Source of the DNA: Megasphaera elsdenii DSM 20460
Lineage (GTDB): Bacteria > Bacillota > Negativicutes > Veillonellales > Megasphaeraceae
NCBI RefSeq assembly: GCF_003010495.1
Contig: NZ_CP027570.1
Location: forward strand, 1,110,001 to 1,142,000
Length of the DNA stretch: 32,000 bases
Direction of reading: 5' to 3'
A program made the position numbers and the translations under genes. Below the pieces are notes generated by a model. That model was not told the origin of the DNA, ran no database searches, and was given only the letters and a program-made list of their open reading frames with translations. Positions 18,084 through 24,648 of this stretch are shown piece by piece (within the stretch, counting starts at the first letter, position 1; each line of letters starts with the position of its first letter).

Positions 18084-18269
18084 TAGTGGCTAGCAGTTAG
18101 TGGTTAGTAGATGGTTTTAAATTTAAATGTTTTGCTGAAAGCTACAAACTTCATACTACAGACTATAAGGAGAAAGGGGCCTCACATAATAGCATGTGCT
18201 TTTGTGTGACAGCCCCTTTTCAGATGATTCAGGCGAGCCACGAACCACTAGCCACGAACCACTAGTCAC
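18084..18269. repeat. Intergenic element E3 flanked by inverted heptamer arrays
   Basis: The left array is TAGTGGC TAGCAGT TAGTGGT TAGTAG (18084-18110). The reverse complement of the right array (18235-18269) is TAGTGGT TCGTGGC TAGTGGT TCGTGGC. The interior is AT-rich and carries the hairpin AAAGGGGC...GCCCCTTT (18173-18220). Confidence 0.75.
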
Positions 18270-18600
18270 AAAACTTCCCTTTACGAACTATTCTATAACG
18301 AAAGAATAAGTGCCGTTTTTCACATACTATAACGAATTATCATGCTTGGTTTTCAACAGTACTTTTTGGTCATGGCTATTTTACAGGGGTTTCCTAATTT
18401 ATGATAAATAGTATCATTTTATTTTTGGGAATATTTGCTTTGAATGTCATTTATATGGCCATATATAGCTGTTTTCGTGGACAGAAAGGGTACGATTATC
18501 TTTTATATAAATAATTATAAATATCAAAATTTATAATTCTAAAGTGGAATGGATTTGTGCATTTTCCATGCATTTTAACTAATTTATCACGATTTATTCA

Positions 18601-18629
18601 TTGACGTTATGGATTTTCCATGATATCAT
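18601..18629 (+). promoter_or_regulatory. Probable promoter of the pct-lcd operon (TTGACG-17-TGaTATCAT)
   Basis: -35 at 18601-18606, an exact 17-nt spacer ending in TGA, and -10 TATCAT at 18624-18629. This predicts a leader of about 85 nt. Confidence 0.6.
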
Positions 18630-18645
18630 TCTAGTCAGTAATTCA

Positions 18646-18668
18646 CCTTTGGAAAATTTTCACAAAGG
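18646..18668. promoter_or_regulatory. 23-nt near-perfect palindrome in the pct leader, candidate operator
   Basis: The sequence is CCTTTG-GAAAATTTTC-a-CAAAGG. The core GAAAATTTTC is a perfect palindrome and the flanks are exact complements. It lies about 10-35 nt downstream of the predicted start site. Confidence 0.45.
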
Positions 18669-18720
18669 CAGTACGACAGAAGCGTCGATACATTCCATTT
18701 AGCAGGAGGAAGTTACGGTA

Positions 18721-20274
18721 ATGAGAAAAGTAGAAATCATTACAGCTGAACAAGCAGCTCAGCTCGTAAAAGACAACGACACGATTACGTCTATCGGCTT
18801 TGTCAGCAGCGCCCATCCGGAAGCACTGACCAAAGCTTTGGAAAAACGGTTCCTGGACACGAACACCCCGCAGAACTTGACCTACATCTATGCAGGCTCT
18901 CAGGGCAAACGCGATGGCCGTGCCGCTGAACATCTGGCACACACAGGCCTTTTGAAACGCGCCATCATCGGTCACTGGCAGACTGTACCGGCTATCGGTA
19001 AACTGGCTGTCGAAAACAAGATTGAAGCTTACAACTTCTCGCAGGGCACGTTGGTCCACTGGTTCCGCGCCTTGGCAGGTCATAAGCTCGGCGTCTTCAC
19101 CGACATCGGTCTGGAAACTTTCCTCGATCCCCGTCAGCTCGGCGGCAAGCTCAATGACGTAACCAAAGAAGACCTCGTCAAACTGATCGAAGTCGATGGT
19201 CATGAACAGCTTTTCTACCCGACCTTCCCGGTCAACGTAGCTTTCCTCCGCGGTACGTATGCTGATGAATCCGGCAATATCACCATGGACGAAGAAATCG
19301 GGCCTTTCGAAAGCACTTCCGTAGCCCAGGCCGTTCACAACTGTGGCGGTAAAGTCGTCGTCCAGGTCAAAGACGTCGTCGCTCACGGCAGCCTCGACCC
19401 GCGCATGGTCAAGATCCCTGGCATCTATGTCGACTACGTCGTCGTAGCAGCTCCGGAAGACCATCAGCAGACGTATGACTGCGAATACGATCCGTCCCTC
19501 AGCGGTGAACATCGTGCTCCTGAAGGCGCTACCGATGCAGCTCTCCCCATGAGCGCTAAGAAAATCATCGGCCGCCGCGGCGCTTTGGAATTGACTGAAA
19601 ACGCTGTCGTCAACCTCGGCGTCGGTGCTCCGGAATACGTTGCTTCTGTTGCCGGTGAAGAAGGTATCGCCGATACCATTACCCTGACCGTCGAAGGTGG
19701 CGCCATCGGTGGCGTACCGCAGGGCGGTGCCCGCTTCGGTTCGTCCCGCAATGCCGATGCCATCATCGACCACACCTATCAGTTCGACTTCTACGATGGC
19801 GGCGGTCTGGACATCGCTTACCTCGGCCTGGCCCAGTGCGATGGCTCGGGCAACATCAACGTCAGCAAGTTCGGTACTAACGTTGCCGGCTGCGGCGGTT
19901 TCCCCAACATTTCCCAGCAGACACCGAATGTTTACTTCTGCGGCACCTTCACGGCTGGCGGCTTGAAAATCGCTGTCGAAGACGGCAAAGTCAAGATCCT
20001 CCAGGAAGGCAAAGCCAAGAAGTTCATCAAAGCTGTCGACCAGATCACTTTCAACGGTTCCTATGCAGCCCGCAACGGCAAACACGTTCTCTACATCACA
20101 GAACGCTGCGTATTTGAACTGACCAAAGAAGGCTTGAAACTCATCGAAGTCGCACCGGGCATCGATATTGAAAAAGATATCCTCGCTCACATGGACTTCA
20201 AGCCGATCATTGATAATCCGAAACTCATGGATGCCCGCCTCTTCCAGGACGGTCCCATGGGACTGAAAAAATAA
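18721..20274 (+). CDS. pct: Propionate CoA-transferase (lactate/propionate:acetyl-CoA CoA-transferase)
   Basis: A 517-aa family I CoA-transferase with the catalytic Glu region LTVEGGAIGGVP. From memory the sequence matches the Megasphaera Pct used in polylactate engineering. RBS is AGGAGGA. Confidence 0.92.
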   Translation: MRKVEIITAEQAAQLVKDNDTITSIGFVSSAHPEALTKALEKRFLDTNTPQNLTYIYAGSQGKRDGRAAEHLAHTGLLKRAIIGHWQTVPAIGKLAVENKIEAYNFSQGTLVHWFRALAGHKLGVFTDIGLETFLDPRQLGGKLNDVTKEDLVKLIEVDGHEQLFYPTFPVNVAFLRGTYADESGNITMDEEIGPFESTSVAQAVHNCGGKVVVQVKDVVAHGSLDPRMVKIPGIYVDYVVVAAPEDHQQTYDCEYDPSLSGEHRAPEGATDAALPMSAKKIIGRRGALELTENAVVNLGVGAPEYVASVAGEEGIADTITLTVEGGAIGGVPQGGARFGSSRNADAIIDHTYQFDFYDGGGLDIAYLGLAQCDGSGNINVSKFGTNVAGCGGFPNISQQTPNVYFCGTFTAGGLKIAVEDGKVKILQEGKAKKFIKAVDQITFNGSYAARNGKHVLYITERCVFELTKEGLKLIEVAPGIDIEKDILAHMDFKPIIDNPKLMDARLFQDGPMGLKK

Positions 20275-20300
20275 ATCTCTGCTGTAAAGGAGACTTTACT

Positions 20301-21215
20301 ATGAAACCAATGAGACTACATCACGTAGGCATTGTCCTGCCGACCTTAGAAAAAGCCCATGAATTCATGCAGAATAATGGACTTGAAATCGACTATGCCG
20401 GCTATGTCGATGCTTACCAGGCTGATCTCATTTTCACTAAGTTTGGTGAATTTGCCAGCCCGATTGAAATGATTATCCCGCACTCCGGTGTGCTTACCCA
20501 ATTCAATGGTGGCCGCGGCGGCATTGCCCACATCGCCTTCGAAGTGGACGATGTCGAAGCTGTCCGCCAGGAAATGGAAGCAGATTGTCCGGGATGCATG
20601 TTAGAAAAGAAAGCTGTCCAGGGTACGGACGACATTATCGTCAACTTCCGCCGCCCGACAACCAACCAGGGTATCCTCGTTGAATATGTTCAGACGACAG
20701 CACCTATCACCGGCCGCGGCGAAAATCCTTTCGTTAAGAATCTCGGCCCGGAAAAAGGGAAGCTCAACGAAACATGGCATCCCATGCGCCTGCACCATAT
20801 CGGCATCGTCTTGCCGACCTTGGAAAAGGCCCATGAATTCATCAAGACCAATGGTCTGGAAGTGGATTATTCCGGTTTCGTCGACGCCTACCATGCGGAT
20901 CTCATTTTCACTAAAAAAGGTGAAAACAGTACGCCTATCGAATTCATTATTCCCCGTGAAGGGGTCCTCAAAGATTTCAATCATGGCAGGGGAGGTATCG
21001 CTCATATCGCCTTTGAAGTGGATGATGTCGAAAAGGTACGTCAGATTATGGAAAGCCAGAAGCCTGGTTGCATGCTCGAAAAGAAAGCCGTCCGGGGAAC
21101 GGACGATATCATCGTCAACTTCCGCCGTCCCAGCACGGACGCCGGCATCCTCGTCGAATATGTCCAGACCGTAGCTCCCATCAATCGCAGCAATCCCAAC
21201 CCTTTTAATGATTGA
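20301..21215 (+). CDS. Tandem-duplicated VOC-superfamily protein, methylmalonyl-CoA-epimerase-like (two modules in one chain)
   Basis: Residues 3-137 and 161-295 are about 79% identical (106/135 by hand). Each module carries LHH(V/I)GIV, GGIAHIAFEVDD and GILVEYVQ, the metal-ligand positions of MCE-type enzymes. RBS AAGGAG. It lies inside the pct-lcd operon. Confidence 0.8.
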   Translation: MKPMRLHHVGIVLPTLEKAHEFMQNNGLEIDYAGYVDAYQADLIFTKFGEFASPIEMIIPHSGVLTQFNGGRGGIAHIAFEVDDVEAVRQEMEADCPGCMLEKKAVQGTDDIIVNFRRPTTNQGILVEYVQTTAPITGRGENPFVKNLGPEKGKLNETWHPMRLHHIGIVLPTLEKAHEFIKTNGLEVDYSGFVDAYHADLIFTKKGENSTPIEFIIPREGVLKDFNHGRGGIAHIAFEVDDVEKVRQIMESQKPGCMLEKKAVRGTDDIIVNFRRPSTDAGILVEYVQTVAPINRSNPNPFND

Positions 21216-21231
21216 TTTTTTATAAAGAAAG

Positions 21232-22017
21232 GTGAAAACTGTGTATACTCTCGGAATCGACGTTGGTTCTTCTTCTTCCAAGGCAGTCATCCTGGAAGAT
21301 GGCAAGAAGATCGTCGCCCATGCCGTCGTTGAAATCGGCACCGGTTCGACCGGTCCGGAACGCGTCCTGGACGAAGTCTTCAAAGATACCAACTTAAAAA
21401 TTGAAGACATGGCGAACATCATCGCCACAGGCTATGGCCGTTTCAATGTCGACTGCGCCAAAGGCGAAGTCAGCGAAATCACGTGCCATGCCAAAGGGGC
21501 CCTCTTTGAATGCCCCGGTACGACGACCATCCTCGATATCGGCGGTCAGGACGTCAAGTCCATCAAATTGAATGGCCAGGGCCTGGTCATGCAGTTTGCC
21601 ATGAACGACAAATGCGCCGCTGGTACGGGCCGTTTCCTCGACGTCATGTCGAAGGTACTGGAAATCCCCATGTCTGAAATGGGGGACTGGTACTTCAAAT
21701 CGAAGCATCCCGCTGCCGTCAGCAGTACCTGCACGGTTTTTGCTGAATCGGAAGTCATTTCCCTTCTTTCCAAGAATGTCCCGAAAGAAGATATCGTAGC
21801 CGGTGTCCATCAGTCCATCGCCGCCAAAGCCTGCGCTCTCGTGCGCCGCGTCGGTGTCGGTGAAGACCTGACCATGACCGGCGGTGGCTCCCGCGATCCC
21901 GGCGTCGTCGATGCCGTATCGAAAGAATTAGGTATTCCTGTCAGAGTCGCTCTGCATCCCCAAGCGGTGGGTGCTCTCGGAGCTGCTTTGATTGCTTATG
22001 ATAAAATCAAGAAATAA
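21232..22017 (+). CDS. lcdC: Lactoyl-CoA dehydratase activator (2-hydroxyacyl-CoA dehydratase activase, HgdC family)
   Basis: YTLGIDVGSSSSK (ASKHA ATPase) and DKCAAGTGRF plus SSTCTVFAESEV (the Cys pair for the bridging 4Fe-4S cluster), closely parallel to Acidaminococcus HgdC. GTG 21241 is an alternative start with better SD spacing. Confidence 0.9.
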   Translation: MKTVYTLGIDVGSSSSKAVILEDGKKIVAHAVVEIGTGSTGPERVLDEVFKDTNLKIEDMANIIATGYGRFNVDCAKGEVSEITCHAKGALFECPGTTTILDIGGQDVKSIKLNGQGLVMQFAMNDKCAAGTGRFLDVMSKVLEIPMSEMGDWYFKSKHPAAVSSTCTVFAESEVISLLSKNVPKEDIVAGVHQSIAAKACALVRRVGVGEDLTMTGGGSRDPGVVDAVSKELGIPVRVALHPQAVGALGAALIAYDKIKK

Positions 22018-22038
22018 GTCAAAGGAGAGAACAAAATC

Positions 22039-23325
22039 ATGAGTGAAGAAAAAACAGTAGATATTGAAAGCATGAGCTCCAAGGAAGCCCTTGGTTACTT
22101 CTTGCCGAAAGTCGATGAAGACGCACGTAAAGCGAAAAAAGAAGGCCGCCTCGTTTGCTGGTCCGCTTCTGTCGCTCCTCCGGAATTCTGCACGGCTATG
22201 GACATCGCCATCGTCTATCCGGAAACTCACGCAGCTGGTATCGGTGCCCGTCACGGTGCTCCGGCCATGCTCGAAGTTGCTGAAAACAAAGGTTACAACC
22301 AGGACATCTGTTCCTACTGCCGCGTCAACATGGGCTACATGGAACTCCTCAAACAGCAGGCTCTGACAGGCGAAACGCCGGAAGTCCTCAAAAACTCCCC
22401 GGCTTCTCCGATTCCCCTTCCGGATGTTGTCCTCACTTGCAACAACATCTGCAATACCTTGCTCAAATGGTATGAAAACTTGGCTAAAGAATTGAACGTA
22501 CCTCTCATCAACATCGACGTACCGTTCAACCATGAATTCCCTGTTACGAAACACGCTAAACAGTACATCGTCGGCGAATTCAAACATGCTATCAAACAGC
22601 TCGAAGACCTTTGCGGCCGTCCCTTCGACTATGACAAATTCTTCGAAGTACAGAAACAGACACAGCGCTCCATCGCTGCCTGGAACAAAATCGCTACGTA
22701 CTTCCAGTACAAACCGTCGCCGCTCAACGGCTTCGACCTCTTCAACTACATGGGCCTCGCCGTTGCTGCCCGCTCCTTGAACTACTCGGAAATCACGTTC
22801 AACAAATTCCTCAAAGAATTGGACGAAAAAGTAGCTAATAAGAAATGGGCTTTCGGTGAAAACGAAAAATCCCGTGTTACTTGGGAAGGTATCGCTGTCT
22901 GGATCGCTCTCGGCCACACCTTCAAAGAACTCAAAGGTCAGGGCGCTCTCATGACTGGTTCCGCTTATCCTGGCATGTGGGACGTTTCCTACGAACCGGG
23001 CGACCTCGAATCCATGGCAGAAGCTTATTCCCGTACATACATCAACTGCTGCCTCGAACAGCGCGGTGCTGTTCTTGAAAAAGTTGTCCGCGATGGCAAA
23101 TGCGACGGCTTGATCATGCACCAGAACCGTTCCTGCAAGAACATGAGCCTCCTCAACAACGAAGGCGGCCAGCGCATCCAGAAGAACCTCGGCGTACCGT
23201 ACGTCATCTTCGACGGCGACCAGACCGATGCTCGTAACTTCTCGGAAGCACAGTTCGATACCCGCGTAGAAGCTTTGGCAGAAATGATGGCAGACAAAAA
23301 AGCCAATGAAGGAGGAAACCACTAA
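22039..23325 (+). CDS. lcdA: Lactoyl-CoA dehydratase alpha subunit (HgdA family)
   Basis: A 428-aa HgdA/HadB/LcdA-type protein, about 48 kDa as for the C. propionicum alpha subunit. It follows the activator and is translationally coupled to the next gene. Confidence 0.88.
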   Translation: MSEEKTVDIESMSSKEALGYFLPKVDEDARKAKKEGRLVCWSASVAPPEFCTAMDIAIVYPETHAAGIGARHGAPAMLEVAENKGYNQDICSYCRVNMGYMELLKQQALTGETPEVLKNSPASPIPLPDVVLTCNNICNTLLKWYENLAKELNVPLINIDVPFNHEFPVTKHAKQYIVGEFKHAIKQLEDLCGRPFDYDKFFEVQKQTQRSIAAWNKIATYFQYKPSPLNGFDLFNYMGLAVAARSLNYSEITFNKFLKELDEKVANKKWAFGENEKSRVTWEGIAVWIALGHTFKELKGQGALMTGSAYPGMWDVSYEPGDLESMAEAYSRTYINCCLEQRGAVLEKVVRDGKCDGLIMHQNRSCKNMSLLNNEGGQRIQKNLGVPYVIFDGDQTDARNFSEAQFDTRVEALAEMMADKKANEGGNH

Positions 23326-24443
23326 TGAGTCAGATCGACGAACTTATCAGCAAATTACAGGAAGTATCCAACCATCCCCAGAAGACGGTTTTGAATTATA
23401 AAAAACAGGGTAAAGGCCTCGTAGGCATGATGCCCTACTACGCTCCGGAAGAAATCGTATATGCTGCAGGCTACCTCCCGGTAGGCATGTTCGGTTCCCA
23501 GAACCCGCAGATCTCCGCAGCTCGTACGTACCTTCCTCCGTTCGCTTGCTCCTTGATGCAGGCTGACATGGAACTCCAGCTCAACGGCACCTATGACTGC
23601 CTCGACGCTGTTATCTTCTCCGTTCCTTGCGACACTCTCCGCTGCATGAGCCAGAAATGGCACGGCAAAGCTCCGGTCATCGTCTTCACACAGCCGCAGA
23701 ACCGTAAGATCCGCCCGGCTGTCGATTTCCTCAAAGCTGAATACGAACATGTCCGTACGGAATTGGAACGTATCCTCAACGTAAAAATCTCCGACCTGGC
23801 TATCCAGGAAGCTATCAAAGTATATAACGAAAACCGTCAGGTTATGCGTGAATTCTGCGACGTAGCTGCTCAGTACCCGCAGATCTTCACTCCGGTAAAA
23901 CGTCATGACGTCATCAAAGCCCGCTGGTTCATGGACAAAGCTGAACACACCGCTTTGGTCCGCGAACTCATCGACGCTGTCAAGAAAGAACCGGTACAGC
24001 CGTGGAATGGCAAAAAAGTCATCCTCTCCGGTATCATGGCAGAACCGGATGAATTCCTCGATATCTTCAGCGAATTCAACATCGCTGTCGTCGCTGACGA
24101 CCTCGCTCAGGAATCCCGCCAGTTCCGTACAGACGTACCGTCCGGCATCGATCCCCTCGAACAGCTCGCTCAGCAGTGGCAGGACTTCGATGGCTGCCCG
24201 CTCGCTTTGAACGAAGACAAACCGCGTGGCCAGATGCTCATCGACATGACTAAGAAATACAATGCTGACGCCGTCGTCATCTGCATGATGCGTTTCTGCG
24301 ATCCTGAAGAATTCGACTATCCGATTTACAAACCGGAATTTGAAGCTGCTGGCGTTCGTTACACGGTCCTCGACCTCGACATCGAATCTCCGTCCCTCGA
24401 ACAGCTCCGCACCCGTATCCAGGCTTTCTCGGAAATCCTCTAA
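23325..24443 (+). CDS. lcdB: Lactoyl-CoA dehydratase beta subunit (HgdB family)
   Basis: A 372-aa protein of about 42 kDa. Its start overlaps the lcdA stop (TAATG). It belongs to the 2-hydroxyglutaryl-CoA dehydratase D-component family. Confidence 0.88.
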   Translation: MSQIDELISKLQEVSNHPQKTVLNYKKQGKGLVGMMPYYAPEEIVYAAGYLPVGMFGSQNPQISAARTYLPPFACSLMQADMELQLNGTYDCLDAVIFSVPCDTLRCMSQKWHGKAPVIVFTQPQNRKIRPAVDFLKAEYEHVRTELERILNVKISDLAIQEAIKVYNENRQVMREFCDVAAQYPQIFTPVKRHDVIKARWFMDKAEHTALVRELIDAVKKEPVQPWNGKKVILSGIMAEPDEFLDIFSEFNIAVVADDLAQESRQFRTDVPSGIDPLEQLAQQWQDFDGCPLALNEDKPRGQMLIDMTKKYNADAVVICMMRFCDPEEFDYPIYKPEFEAAGVRYTVLDLDIESPSLEQLRTRIQAFSEIL

Positions 24444-24531
24444 GAATCGCCTGAATCATCAAACATCTGGGCGGGACTCCGAAAGGTGCCTGCTACATGA
24501 TACATTGCCTGTTTTCAGGCAGACAGATTTG

Positions 24532-24566
24532 CAGCTTGCGGCCCCCATTGTACGGGCTGCAAGCTG
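24532..24566 (+). other. 13-bp stem-loop in the lcdB-acd spacer (RNA stabiliser or processing element?)
   Basis: CAGCTTGCGGCCC pairs with GGGCTGCAAGCTG (one G:U pair) around a 9-nt loop. No T tract follows. Confidence 0.5.
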
Positions 24567-24580
24567 TCAATGATGCTTTA

Positions 24581-24601
24581 AAGACGGCTCTGCCGTTTTT
24601 A
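24581..24601 (+). terminator. Weak terminator or attenuator after lcdB
   Basis: GACGGC-tct-GCCGT is followed by T5. The stem is only 5-6 bp, so read-through is likely. Confidence 0.35.
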
Positions 24602-24648
24602 AATAAAAACATAAAACCATATATAATCTATTAGGAGGAAACTCAATC

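Noticed and set aside
18194-18265. A 23-codon ORF (MCFCVTAPFQMIQASHEPLATNH) inside element E3.
   Set aside because: - There is no Shine-Dalgarno at the right distance.
- The reading frame runs through a hairpin arm and the heptamer array.
- It is terminated by the array's own TAG, so it is probably fortuitous.
18646-18668. The pct leader palindrome as a catabolite-responsive element (cre).
   Set aside because: - TGGAAAATTTTCAC lacks the central CG of the cre consensus TGNAANCGNTNNCA.
- It also mismatches the 3' CA register.
- I kept it only as a generic candidate operator.
18643-20190. A 515-aa ORF antisense to pct. Similar long antisense ORFs lie at 13893-15191 opposite tuf, 21928-23322 opposite lcdA, 27490-28788 opposite the ATPase, 7894-9111 opposite gdpP and 5071-5958 opposite rnj.
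   Set aside because: - The sense-strand genes have unmistakable conserved protein motifs.
- The antisense translations are low-complexity (rich in D, V, A, F and G), with no RBS or motifs.
- Their length is the expected shadow of strongly biased codon usage.
24599-24627. Promoter-like TTAAAT-17-TATAAT just upstream of the acyl-CoA dehydrogenase.
   Set aside because: - A start site about 7 nt after the -10 would fall inside the AGGAGG Shine-Dalgarno (24633-24638).
- The mRNA would then be left without its RBS.
- It is more likely a chance AT-rich match.
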